Made by a program: the position numbers and the translations under genes. A stretch of 64,000 bases of DNA from Macrostomum hystrix (lineage: Eukaryota > Animalia > Platyhelminthes), in the NCBI GenBank assembly GCA_950097015.1, contig CATNEN010000041.1, positions 868,001-932,000 of the forward strand, written 5' to 3'. Shown here piece after piece: positions 11,644-24,732 of this stretch. The notes under the pieces are model-generated. The model worked only from the letters and a program-made list of their open reading frames with translations. It ran no database searches and was not told the DNA's origin. Numbering within the stretch: position 1 is the first letter of the stretch; every line of letters starts with the position of its first letter.

Positions 11644-14609
11644 ATGCATATCCGGCTGGCCAGAGCGATATTCACTGCCAGATTTGTGTGGCACAACTTC
11701 ACCCGCGGTCTGCCAGTCCGGGTGATGCTGCTTCAGTGCCTGGTGACCTTCTGTGTCCTGCTGCCACTGCTGTGCTCCAGCCTGCCGCACTCGGCCTATT
11801 ACTGGCCCGGGGACTGGCGCATGGCCAATTTTCACCTTCGCAACGAGGACGAGAGGCGGGTTGCCCAGGGCAACAGCTACATTGCCGGGCTCAAGGGCAA
11901 GCGATGGGCCTACCTGCCAGACTCGAATGCTCAGGTGGGCTGAGCACATGCATTTCATGATTTTTATGGAGGCAGTGAGCTTTGCCGTGACTTTCTCATT
12001 GTCAGGCAGTGACAGTAGATACTTCAGTGTATTGTTACCCGTAGTGTTAATCAAAATTTAACTTTGTTACTTTGACTGAATAAAGCGAGTTGTAGCATAG
12101 TGGTTAGAGCGTCAGATTCACGACTTAAAGGTCCAGGGTTCGATTCTCGACTCCACTATTTCAGCCGTACTCAGCTGCAGAATAGCTTCGGCTATGCTGT
12201 CGGCTGCTCATCTGGCTCAATAGCGGCAGGTGTAATCAATTATTTCGAGCGTAGTTATTTTTGCTATTACTGATAAAGGCTTTGTTTAACTCGCGCTTGT
12301 CCTCAGGGACCTCGCCTGGCCGTCGCCATCCTAGCCGTGGACCGAAACAATCGGCGCATCGACGACTACCAGCCGCACTACCTGACCCAGACCCTGCACT
12401 CCCTTCTGATCTCCGCTGACAGGGACCGCCGCGTCCATGGCGGCCGCTTCCGTTCGCTCAGCGTGGCGGTCTGCAACGCCGACCCGCAACCGGACCGCTT
12501 CTCAGAGGCCAAGCGCTGGGAGCAGGTGAGGGCACTGATCGATTCATTGATGCTAGGGCGAACTGCGAAGCTTGATTGGGGAAACTGGAGCAGAGGGTGG
12601 CAGAAGAAACTGGAGCAGAGGGTGGCAGAGGAAACTGGAGCAGAGAAGGGTGGCAGAAGAAGCTGGAGCAGAGGAGGGTGACAGAAGAAACTGGAGCAGA
12701 GGAGGGTGGCAGAAGAAACTGGAGCAGAGGAGGGTGGCAGAAGAAGCTGGAGCAGAGGAGGGTGACAGAAGAAACTGGAGCAGAGGAGGGTGGCAGAAGA
12801 AACTGAAGCAGAGGAGGGTGGCAGAAGAAACTGGAGCAGAGGAGGGTGGCAGAAGAAACTGGAGCAGAGGGTGGCAGAGGAAACTGGAGCAGAGAAGGGT
12901 GGCAGAAGAAACTGGAGCAGAGGGTGGCAGAGGAAACTGGAGCAGAGAAGGGTGGCAGAAGAAGCTGGAGCAGAGGAGGGTGGCAGAAGAAACTGGAGCA
13001 GAGGAGGGTGGCAGAAGAAACTGGAGCAGAGGAGGGTGGCAGAAGAAACTGGAGCAGAGGAGGGTGGCAGAAGAAGCTGGAGCAGAGGAGGGTGACAGAA
13101 GAAACTGGAGCAGAGGAGGGTGGCCGAAGAAACTGGAGCAGAGGAGGGTGGCAGAAGAAACTGGAGCAGAGGAGGGTGGCAGAAGAAGCTGGAGCAGAGG
13201 AGGGTGGCAGAAGAAACTGGAGCAGAGGAGGGTGGCAGAAGAAGCTGGAGCAGAGGAGGGTGACAGAAGAAACTGGAGCAGAGGAGGGTGGCAGAAGAAA
13301 CTGGAGCAGAGGAGGGTGGCAGAAGAAGCTGGAGCAGAGGAGGGTGACAGAAGAAACTGGAGCAGAGGAGGGTGGCAGAAGAAACTGAAGCAGAGGAGGG
13401 TGGCAGAAGAAACTGGAGCAGAGGAGGGTGGCAGAAGAAACTGGAGCAGAGGGTGGCAGAGGAAACTGGAGCAGAGGAGGGTGACAGAAGAAACTGGAGC
13501 AGAGGAGGGTGGCAGAGGAAACTGGAGCAGAGGAGGGTGGCAGAAGAAACTGGAGCAGAGGGTGGCAGAGGAAACTGGAGCAGAGGAGGGTGACAGAAGA
13601 AACTGGAGCAGAGGAGGGTGGCAGAAGAAACTGGAGCAGAGGGTGGCAGAGGAAACTGGAGCACAGGGTGGCAGAGGAAACTGGAGCAGAGGGTGGCAGA
13701 GGAAACTGGAGCACAGGGTGGCAGAAGAAACTGGAGCAGAGGAGGGTGGCAGAGGAAACTGGAGCAGAGAAGGGTGGCAGAGGAAACTGGAGCAGAGGGT
13801 GGCAGGGGGGCTCAGGAAGTAGTCTATGGTCTCTGTACGCGCTCTCGCAGATCCTGCCGGTGTTCGGTCGCAACCGCAGTCAGGAGCGGCAGCCGCCGGC
13901 CACGGCCAGTGGCAGCCGGTGTCAGCCCAAGGCTGACTGGGCCTGGTGCCTGCAGACCCTGGCCGCAGCCAGCCCCGGCGCAGACTGGCTGGCGGTGCTG
14001 GAGGATGACCAGCTGGCCAGGCTTGACGCGGTGTCCGCCCTGCACGACATCGTCGACTCCAAGCTAGCCAAGCGGTACGGTCCGGAGCGCCAGGCGCGGG
14101 TCGGCCTCGTGCACCTGCACTCACCCGCCACTGCCCTCCGCTACGACTGGCTGGACCCCAGCACCTGGCTTGAGATCATGCTCATCGCTGGTGGCATCGG
14201 CAGCGCCTGCTTCATGCTGTACTACCGCATGTTCTGCAACCCCATGCTGTTTGTGCCCAACCTCTGCCTGACCGGCTTCCTGTTCACCTACTCCTTGGCC
14301 TTCGTGCTGGCCGTGGGCCGGCCGAACTGGCTGACTGCCCGGCACGCCCTGACCCGCCTGTACAGCCTGGACGAGCCGCTCTCGGACGCCTTCTCGGCCG
14401 TCCTGCTGCCCCGCCAGGCTGCCGACAGCCTGCTGCACGGCTCCGCGTCTCTTACCGCTGCCTCCGACTGCTGGGACAGCGACCGGGTGGCGGCCATCCT
14501 GCGCTCCGTCGGCCGCCGCATCCTGGCCGTGTATCCCAGCCTGCTGCGCCACGTGGGACTCTACAGCGCCCACTCCATGGGCCTGCTGCCCGCCCACCTG
14601 CTGGACTGA
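11644..14609 (+). CDS. PGAP4: Post-GPI attachment to proteins factor 4 (TMEM246)-like GalNAc transferase; exons 11644-11934, 12307-12525, 13851-14609; 422 aa
   Basis: Motifs match human PGAP4 in order: VTFCVLLPLLCSSLPHSAYY, LAVAILAVDR, VCNAD, DWAWCL, WLAVLEDD, LVHLHSP, two TM helices, YPSLLRHVGLYS; two phase-0 GT-AG introns give a continuous frame. Confidence 0.88.
12085..12245 (+). mobile_element. Internally deleted copy of the tRNA-derived SINE (PGAP4 intron 1)
   Basis: Head and 3' tail align with 5893-6207; central CORE-like part missing. Confidence 0.8.
12580..13805. repeat. Purine-rich 25/28-bp minisatellite filling PGAP4 intron 2
   Basis: Unit GAAACTGGAGCAGAG(GAG)GGTGGCAGAA; explains the long overlapping low-complexity ORFs. 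Confidence 0.95.
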
Positions 14610-15744
14610 GCCCATCCGGCTCGCTTCCCGCCAAATACTAACCTTAGGCATTCCAACTCATGGTTTGTGCCGTGGGTTAGGGATTTTTTATTCTCCCACT
14701 GTTCCATGTCCGGTTCCAAACCCTCAAATATCCCAGTTTAATCTTGAATCCTGAAATTTCCCTAGACAGGTTTTAATTATCCGACCAAGATTTTCTAATT
14801 GGGTTGTACTCCTAGTCCCCGACCCCGGGAATCCTCAGGTTGGGTCTTGACCCGCCAGATCCTTAAAATCCTAAAAATATTAAATCATCCCCTGTCCCAT
14901 TGCCAACTTGAGGTCTGAATTTATGGACTGGGAAACTACAGCATTCAAGCTGTAGACTGTAGAGTCTGCGAACAAGACCATTGCTTTGATTTACCTTCAC
15001 AATACGGTTGTGAGTTGAAGTATCCTTCACTTCTGTGACATTTAACACCCACTCTTTATTTATTTTTTTTGCATGTGCTCTACTGCCTACTCACTGGCTG
15101 TGTCCAGTAACCACTACCGTTCTTATTGAACCTTCTTTCCACTATCTACTTCATCAAAACGGGCGCAATGCCTCTGGAAGACATCCCATTGCAGCTGAAA
15201 GATTCCTATTAAATGCTGTCCAGCCATTTTTGTGTATTCGCAAGCGCTGCCTTTGCGCAATGTCTAGGTTCATTGTTTGGCTCTTTAAATACAATTACTC
15301 ATCTGAGAAAACAACTAACTTTGCTGTCATACAGTCTCTTCCCTAGCAGTTACTAGCCGGGTGAGCGGAAAACCTTACAGGAATAAAATGTCTCTTCTTG
15401 ACATCAAAGAACTAATGTCTCCCCAGAAACAAAGAGCAAAAGTCCTAATAAATTAACTAAGAAGCCAGTTTTATTAAACTTTCAATCAAACAATGCTAAC
15501 GAAGCTCGGCAATTCTTATTGTTTTCGGTGAGAAAGTTTTCTATCCATCTGCGAGAACCATGCCAGTTCTTGTACACAGCCTCTCCTACTACACCTTTGT
15601 CAGTGCTGTCAGTGCTGTGGTTTGACATCTGTCAGTGGTGTACATTGACATCTGTCAGTGGTGTACATTGACATCTGTCAGTGGTATGCCTCGATATCTG
15701 ACACTGTTGTGTCTTGCACTGATACAGAATGTGTCAGTGTTGTG

Positions 15745-18700
15745 TCTTGAGATCTATCAGTGTGTGCCTAGATATCTATCAGTGTTGTGTCTTGAGATCT
15801 ATCAGTGTTGTGCCTAGATATCTATCAGTGTTGTGTCTTGAGATCTATCAGTGTTGTGCCTAGATATCTATCAGTGTTGTGTCTTGAGATCTATCAGTGT
15901 TGTGCCTAGATATCTATCAGTGTGTGCCTAGATATCTATCAGTGTTGTGCCTAGATATCTATCAGTGTGGTGCCTAGATATCTATCAGTGTTGTGCCTAG
16001 ATATCTATCAGTGTTGTGCCTAGATATCTATCAGTGTTGTGCCTAGATATCTATCAGTGTTGTGCCTAGATATCTATCAGTGTTGTGCCTAGATATCTAT
16101 CAGTGTTGTGCCTAGATATCTATCAGTGTTGTGCCTAGATATCTATCAGTGTTGTGCCTAGATATCTATCAGTGTTGTGCCTAGATATCTATCAGTGTTG
16201 TGCCTAGATATCTATCAGTGTTGTGCCTAGATATCTATCAGTGTTGTGCCTAGATATCTATCAGTGTGTGCCTAGATATCTATCAGTGTTGTGCCTAGAT
16301 ATCTATCAGTGTTGTGCCTAGATATCTATCAGTGTGTGCCTAGATATCTATCAGTGTGTGCCTAGATATCTATCAGTGTTGTGCCTAGATATCTATCAGT
16401 GTGTGCCTAGATATCTATCAGTGTTGTGCCTAGATATCTATCAGTGTGTGCCTAGATATCTATCAGTGTTGTGTCTAGATATCTATCAGTGTTGTTCCTA
16501 GATATCTATCAGTGTGCTGCCTAGATATCTATCAGTGTTGTGCCTAGATATCTATCAGTGTTGTGCCTAGATATCTATCAGTGTTGTGTCTAGATATCTA
16601 TCAGTGTTGTGTCTAGATATCTATCAGTGTGTGCCTAGATATCTATCAGTGTTGTGCCTAGATATCTATCAGTGTGTGCCTAGATATCTATCAGTGTTGT
16701 TCCTAGATATCTATCAGTGTGGTGCCTAGATATCTATCAGTGTTGTGCCTAGATATCTATCAGTGTTGTGCCTAGATATCTATCAGTGTGTGCCTAGATA
16801 TCTATCAGTGTTGTGCCTAGATATATATCAGTGTTGTGCCTAGATATCTATCAGTGTTGTGCCTAGATATCTATCAGTGTTGTGTCTAGATATCTATCAG
16901 TGTGGTGCCTAGATATCTATCAGTGTTGTGCCTAGATATCTATCAGTGTTGTGTCTAGATATCTATCAGTGTTGTGCCTAGATATCTATCAGTGTTGTGT
17001 CTAGATATCTATCAGTGTGTGTCTAGATATCTATCAGTGTGTGTCTAGATATCTATCAGTGTGTGTCTAGATATCTATCAGTGTGTGCCTAGATATCTAT
17101 CAGTGTGTGTCTAGATATCTATCATTGTGTGCCTAGATATCTATCAGTGTGTGTCTAGATATCTATCAGTGTGTGTCTAGATATCTATCAGTGTGTGTCT
17201 AGATATCTATCAGTGTGTGTCTAGATATCTATCAGTGTGTGTCTAGATATCTATCAGTGTGTGTCTAGATATCTATCAGTGTGTACCTAGATATCTATCA
17301 GTGTTGTGTCTAGATATCTATCAGTGTGTGCCTAGATATCTATCAGTGTGTGTCTAGATATCTATCAGTGTGTGTCTAGATATCTATCAGTGTGTGTCTA
17401 GATATCTATCAGTGTGTGCCTAGATATCTATCAGTGTGTGTCTAGATATCTATCAGTGTGTGTCTAGATATCTATCAGTGTGTGTCTAGATATCTATCAG
17501 TGTGTGTCTAGATATCTATCAGTGTGTGCCTAGATATCTATCAGTGTTGTGTCTAGATATCTATCAGTGTGTGTCTAGATATCTATCAGTGTTGTGTCTA
17601 GATATCTATCAGTGTTGTGCCTAGATATCTATCAGTGTTGTGTCTAGATATCTATCAGTGTGTTCCTAGATATCTATCAGTGTGTGCCTATATATCTATC
17701 AGTGTGTGCCTAGACATCTATGAGTGTGTGCCTAGATATCTATCAGTGTGTTCCTAGATATCTATCAGTGTTGTTCCTAGATATCTATCAGTGTTGTGCC
17801 TAGATATCTATCAGTGTTGTGCCTAGATATCTATGAGTGTGTGCCTAGATATCTATCAGTGTTGTGTCTAGATATCTATCAGTGTTGTGCCTAGATATCT
17901 ATCAGTGTGTGTCTAGATATCTATCAGTGTGTGTCTAGATATCTATCAGTGTGTGTCTAGATATCTATCAGTGTGTGTCTAGATATCTATCAGTGTGTGT
18001 CTAGATATCTATCAGTGTGTGTCTAGATATCTATCAGTGTGTGTCTAGATATCTATCAGTGTGTACCTAGATATCTATCAGTGTTGTGTCTAGATATCTA
18101 TCAGTGTGTGCCTAGATATCTATCAGTGTGTGTCTAGATATCTATCAGTGTGTGTCTAGATATCTATCAGTGTGTGTCTAGATATCTATCAGTGTGTGCC
18201 TAGATATCTATCAGTGTGTGTCTAGATATCTATCAGTGTGTGTCTAGATATCTATCAGTGTTGTGTCTAGATATCTATCAGTGTGTGTCTAGATATCTAT
18301 CAGTGTGTGCCTAGATATCTATCAGTGTTGTGTCTAGATATCTATCAGTGTGTGTCTAGATATCTATCAGTGTTGTGTCTAGATATCTATCAGTGTTGTG
18401 TCTAGATATCTATCAGTGTTGTGTCTTGAGATCTATCAGTGTGTGCCTATATATCTATCAGTGTTGTGCCTATATATCTATGAGTGTGTGCCTAGATATC
18501 TATCAGTGTGTTCCTAGATATCTATCAGTGTGTTCCTAGATATCTATCAGTGTGTTCCTAGATATCTATCAGTGTGTTCCTAGATATCTATCAGTGTGTG
18601 CCTAGATATCTATCAGTGTTGTGTCTAGATATCTATCAGTGTGTTCCTAGATATCTATCAGTGTGTGCCTAGATATCTATCAGTGTTGTGCCTAGATATC

Positions 18701-21489
18701 TATCAGTGTGTTCCTAGATATCTATCAGTGTTGTGCCTAGATATCTATCAGTGTGTTCCTAGATATCTATCAGTGTTGTGCCTAGATATCTATCAGTGTG
18801 TTCCTAGATATCTATCAGTGTTGTTCCTAGATATCTATCAGTGTTGTGCCTAGATATCTATCAGTGTTGTGCCTAGATATCTATGAGTGTGTGCCTAGAT
18901 ATCTATCAGTGTGTGCCTAGATATCTATCAGTGTTGTGTCTAGATATCTATCAGTGTGTGTCTAGATATCTATCAGTGTTGTGTCTAGATATCTATCAGT
19001 GTTGTGTCTTGAGATCTATCAGTGTGTGCCTATATATCTATCAGTGTGTGCCTATATATCTATGAGTGTGTGCCTAGATATCTATCAGTGTGTTCCTAGA
19101 TATCTATCAGTGTGTTCCTAGATATCTATCAGTGTGTTCCTAGATATCTATCAGTGTGTTCCTAGATATCTATCAGTGTGTGCCTAGATATCTATCAGTG
19201 TTGTGTCTAGATATCTATCAGTGTGTTCCTAGATATCTATCAGTGTGTGCCTAGATATCTATCAGTGTTGTGCCTAGATATCTATCAGTGTGTTCCTAGA
19301 TATCTATCAGTGTTGTGCCTAGATATCTATCAGTGTGTTCCTAGATATCTATCAGTGTTGTGCCTAGATATCTATCAGTGTGTTCCTAGATATCTATCAG
19401 TGTTGTGCCTAGATATCTATCAGTGTGTTCCTAGATATCTATCAGTGTGTTCCTAGATATCTATCAGTGTGTTCCTAGATATCTATCAGTGTGTACCTAG
19501 ATATCTATCAGTGTTGTGCCTAGATATCTATCAGTGTTGTGTCTAGATATCTATCAGTGTGTGCCTAGATATCTATCAGTGTTGTGCCTAGATATCTATC
19601 AGTGTGTTCCTAGATATCTGTCAGTGTGTACCTAGATATCGATCAGTGTGTACCTAGATATCTATCAGTGTGTGTCTAGATATCTATCAGTGTTGTGCCT
19701 AGATATCTATCAGTGTTGTGCCTAGATATCTATCAGTGTGTTCCTAGATATCTATCAGTGTGTTCCTAGATATCTATCAGTGTGTTCCTAGATATCTATC
19801 AGTGTGTTCCTAGATATCTATCAGTGTGTGCCTAGATATCTATCAGTGTTGTGTCTAGATATCTATCAGTGTGTGCCTAGATATCTATCAGTGTGTGCCT
19901 AGATATCTATCAGTGTTGTGCCTAGATATCTATCAGTGTGTTCCTAGATATCTGTCAGTGTGTACCTAGATATCGATCAGTGTGTACCTAGATATCTATC
20001 AGTGTGTGTCTAGATATCTATCAGTGTTGTGCCTAGATATCTATCAGTGTTGTGCCTAGATATCTATCAGTGTGTTCCTAGATATCTATCAGTGTGTTCC
20101 TAGATATCTATCAGTGTGTTCCTAGATATCTATCAGTGTGTTCCTAGATATCTATCAGTGTGTGCCTAGATATCTATCAGTGTTGTGTCTAGATATCTAT
20201 CAGTGTGTTCCTAGATATCTATCAGTGTGTGCCTAGATATCTATCAGTGTTGTGCCTAGATATCTATCAGTGTGTTCCTAGATATCTATCAGTGTTGTGC
20301 CTAGATATCTATCAGTGTGTTCCTAGATATCTATCAGTGTTGTGCCTAGATATCTATCAGTGTGTTCCTAGATATCTATCAGTGTTGTTCCTAGATATCT
20401 ATCAGTGTTGTGCCTAGATATCTATCAGTGTTGTGCCTAGATATCTATGAGTGTGTGCCTAGATATCTATCAGTGTGTGCCTAGATATCTGTCAGTGTTG
20501 TGTCTAGATATCTATCAGTGTGTGTCTAGATATCTATCAGTGTTGTGTCTAGATATCTATCAGTGTTGTGTCTTGAGATCTATCAGTGTGTGCCTATATA
20601 TCTATCAGTGTTGTGCCTATATATCTATGAGTGTGTGCCTAGATATCTATCAGTGTGTTCCTAGATATCTATCAGTGTGTTCCTAGATATCTATCAGTGT
20701 GTTCCTAGATATCTATCAGTGTGTTCCTAGATATCTATCAGTGTGTGCCTAGATATCTATCAGTGTTGTGTCTAGATATCTATCAGGTGTTCCTAGATAT
20801 CTATCAGTGTGTGCCTAGATATCTATCAGTGTTGTGCCTAGATATCTATCAGTGTGTTCCTAGATATCTATCAGTGTTGTGCCTAGATATCTATCAGTGT
20901 GTTCCTAGATATCTATCAGTGTTGTGCCTAGATATCTATCAGTGTTGTGCCTAGATATCTATCAGTGTGTTCCTAGATATCTATCAGTGTTGTGCCTAGA
21001 TATCTATCAGTGTGTTCCTAGATATCTATCAGTGTGTTCCTAGATATCTATCAGTGTGTTCCTAGATATCTATCAGTGTGTTCCTAGATATCTATCAGTG
21101 TGTTCCTAGATATCTATCAGTGTGTTCCTAGATATCTATCAGTGTGTTCCTAGATATCTATCAGTGTGTGCCTAGATATCTATCAGTGTTGTGCCTAGAT
21201 ATCTATCAGTGTTGTGTCTAGATATCTATCAGTGTGTGCCTAGATATCTATCAGTGTTGTGCCTAGATATCTATCAGTGTTGTGCCTAGATATCTATCAG
21301 TGTGTTCCTAGATATCTGTCAGTGTTGTGCCTAGATATCTATCAGTGTTGTGCCTAGATATCTATCAGTGTGTTCCTAGATATCTGTCAGTGTGTACCTA
21401 GATATCGATCAGTGTGTACCTAGATATCTATCAGTGTGTGTCTAGATATCTATCAGTGTGTGTCTAGATATCTATCAGTGTTGTGCCTA
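15745..21489. repeat. 5.7-kb 20/21-bp satellite array (CCTAGATATCTATCAGTGT[T]GTG)n
   Basis: Roughly 280 monomers containing the palindrome TAGATATCTA; several recurring variants; degenerate left edge from about 15600. Confidence 0.97.
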
Positions 21490-22006
21490 TACGTTAAGCC
21501 TAGGTATACGAGGTAAGCCTCGAGGTAAGCCTAGGTAAGCCTCGTATAGGCTAAACAGTTTTTAGAATATTTAACCCCCTTGGAGATGAAGTAAAGATGA
21601 TTAAAAATACGTGTACCGATTCGGGCCTATTCGACATCTTTTGGCGAAGCGATTGTGAAAATCAGTTGAGCCGTTCGGGAATAGTCTATTCCAAACAAGA
21701 TGATTAATATTTTTAGTATATTTTAATTAATAAACAATGATTAGACAAGTAGTATAGTATGATTTTTTTAAAGATGGTATTTTAGTCTTATTGATTAAAT
21801 ACAATTACTCATTGTATTATGCTAAAGTTACTTAAAATAGAACACAGTCATGGCTGTACGCACATGTTCCTATTGTCTACAATGTCTAAAATGGAAATCG
21901 AACTCAATACCTATTGTGCGTGATGGCTTGTCTTATTAGCAAGAGAGAAGGCACTAAAGTCCTTCCTACATCTGGCTACTCTGCATGTTGTATTTCTCGC
22001 TTGGGC

Positions 22007-22937
22007 CTACAGAGGCAGCGTGACGCTCTGCAGCACCGTCTGCATATTGATCAGGCGCACGAGATCAGAATTGATGGCATTGATCAGCTCGTTACGGACC
22101 ACTTTCACCAACTTGCTGGACACATGATTTATGATCCAGTTTAGTGGGCCGAGGCCTCTGAACTGCACCGTGATTCCCGACATGCTATAGATTGAGAACT
22201 TCTCCAGCTCCGGGACGGAGCCAGAGCCCATGCTGATGCGGGCGTCCACTATGACGCTCTCCACGGCCACATTGAGATCGGCGTCCACTCTGTGGCCCAT
22301 GAACTCGACATGGCCTTTCGTGGCGCCCCGCAGGTTGCGGAGAACAATCTGCGGCGGTGCAAGGGCGAGGAGTGACTTTACTGAAAGGGCCATTGTCTGA
22401 CGACTGTCTTGTCGATCTGGTCTAATCTGTCTTTGAGAGCAGCATCTCAAAGACCGAGGGGTTCAGAGCAGCCTCTCAAAAAAGGGTTCAAAGCGGCATC
22501 TCATATACCCAGGGGTTAAGAAAAGCCTTTAATACTCAGGGGTTAAGTATCCTCATGCAGGCTGAGCAGTCTCTTGATTCCCGTGCATGTACCTCGGTGC
22601 CCACGATGAGTTTGTTGCCCTGTGACTCGATGCTGCAGTCGCCGGCCCGGTACATTTTTGACAGGCCGTATATGCGGCCGTCAGTGATGCCCATTCTGCC
22701 GCTCATGGTGACCCACCCCATCGTCTTGGAGAAGCCGATCAACTGGTCGCCAATAGGCAGCGGATCCATGTTGTTTTTGCGCACGTGCGAGCCGAGTCTC
22801 TTAATCACCAGGTCGAAGTAGCGATTGGCCGTTTCGTCATTGAGAATCGGCGATCCGCCCGGAGCCGCCAAGGCCACCGCCAGCAGGCAGCTGCTGATCG
22901 CCAATTGAATCAGCGACAGTCGGAGTTGCATGTTCAT
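22007..22937 (-). CDS. Der p 7 / group 7 allergen-like secreted protein, copy B; exons 22937-22593 and 22348-22007; 228 aa
   Basis: Same exon lengths (345 and 342 nt) and splice sites as copy A; intact frame. Confidence 0.75.
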
Positions 22938-23411
22938 CACGGTGCAGCGTGGATGTTGAAAGTTAAGATTGAATGGATAATGAGTGCTGCTGTTGGTGCT
23001 AATTTATTGGTTGAAGAAGAGAGCATTCTGGGCTCAATATATTTATAACGAAATCATGTCAGCGGTTTTTTATCTGCTTTGTTTAGGCAATTGTTTTCGG
23101 GAAAAGATTTCTTAATTCTCATTGATTATATTTAGTTCGTTGCTGATAGCGTATTTATTCTATTTAACCTCTATCAATTGCTTGGTTCGCCCCGCCCTCC
23201 GCCGCCCTGTGGCCTGCATTCGAACGCGCCGCCTCCACTGCGATCAGCAGTTTCTTGTCTCCGCAGGCCCCACGCCCGGCCACTTGAGTTTTCTTCTTAT
23301 CGTTACTTTGTGGCCAATTCGAAAATTGCGCTTCGCTTTAGAGTTGGCGCGTACTTTGCTGCCAAACCTTGCTGAAGTCGATTGTTGTTTTCATTTTCAT
23401 CATTTTCTTCA

Positions 23412-23790
23412 GGTTGAGCAGCTGATCATTTTTATCAGGTTGAGCAGCTGATCATTTTTATCAGGTTGAGCAGCTGATCATTTTTATCAGGTTGAGCAGC
23501 TGATCATTTTTATCAGGTTGAGCAGCTGATCATTTTTATCAGGTTGAGCAGCTGATCATTTTTATCAGGTTCAGCAGCTGATCATTTTTATCAGGTTCAG
23601 CAGCTGATCATTTTTATCAGGTTGAGCAGCTGATCATTTTTATCAGGTTAAGCAGCTGATCATTTTTATCAGGTTGAGCAGCTGATCATTTTTATCAGGT
23701 TCAGCAGCTGATCATTTTTATCAGGTTCAGCAGCTGATCATTTTTATCAGGTTGAGCAGCTGATCATTTTTATCAGGTTGAGCAGCTGAT
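23412..23790. repeat. 26-bp minisatellite, about 14 copies
   Basis: Unit AGGTTGAGCAGCTGATCATTTTTATC; related 25-bp units recur at 25855-25946. Confidence 0.93.
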
Positions 23791-24173
23791 CTTATCTTCA
23801 GAGCCATTATATTTGCACATTTGTGTTCGCACATTTATATACGGCGGCAGATGGCCACGGTCGTGGCGGCGTCGGTGTGCTGATCGGAACACGCATTCAG
23901 CTAAGTGTGTACTGCGTCCCACACTCCCCACGCCTGTTCGACCTGCGCCTGCGCTCTCGATGCATTCGCCTGTTCTGTGCCTTCGCGCCCTCGGCTGCTC
24001 ACCCAGTTGAGGCTCTCGTTTTCGTGGAATGTGTTGTGTGTTATACGAGTATCATGCGATGCTAGTTAAGCACGAGCAGAACTCCCCCTTTGGAGGAGGT
24101 TGAGACGATAAAATTCCTATCGCCTGATCTCCCATCGCCTGATCTTCAATCGCCTGATCTCCCATCCGTCAAT

Positions 24174-24732
24174 CTCACCATTTGCAATGTCCCCTCAGAG
24201 CTCTGCACCCCAGTCACTCCCTCACCATTTGCAATGTCCCCTCAGAACTCTGCACCCCAGTCACTCCCTCACCATTTGCAATGTCCCCTCAGAGCTCTGC
24301 ACCCCAGTCACTCCCTCACCATTTGCAATGTCCCCTCAGAGCTCTGCACCCCAGTCACTCCCTCACCATTTGCAATGTCCCCTCAGAACTCTGCACCCCA
24401 GTCACTCCCTCACCATTTGCAATGTCCCCTCAGAACTCTGCACCCCAGTCACTCCCTCACCATTTGCAATGTCCCCTCAGAACTCTGCACCCCAGTCACT
24501 CCCTCACCATTTGCAATGTCCCCTCAGAACTCTGCACCCCAGTCACTCCCTCACCATTTGCAATGTCCCCTCAGAACTCTGCACCCCAGTCACTCCCTCA
24601 CCATTTGCAATGTCCCCTCAGAACTCTGCACCCCAGTCACTCCCTCACCATTTGCAATGTCCCCTCAGAACTCTGCACCCCAGTCACTCCCTCACCATTT
24701 GCAATGTCCCCTCAGAACTCTGCACCCCAGTC
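24174..24732. repeat. 47-bp minisatellite, about 12 copies
   Basis: Unit CTCACCATTTGCAATGTCCCCTCAGARCTCTGCACCCCAGTCACTCC; accounts for ORFs in all three plus frames. Confidence 0.95.

Larger units (their letters stand above)
12248..22989. repeat. Segmental duplication, copy B (paralogous to 3244-10365)
   Basis: Homology starts at AGCGTAGTTATTTTTGC (12248/3244) and ends at GGATAATGAGTGCTG (22989/10365). Confidence 0.95.

Noticed and set aside
23830-24080. Arg-rich minus-strand frame resembling a Helitron N-terminus
   Set aside because: Only compositional similarity; no Rep or helicase motifs nearby
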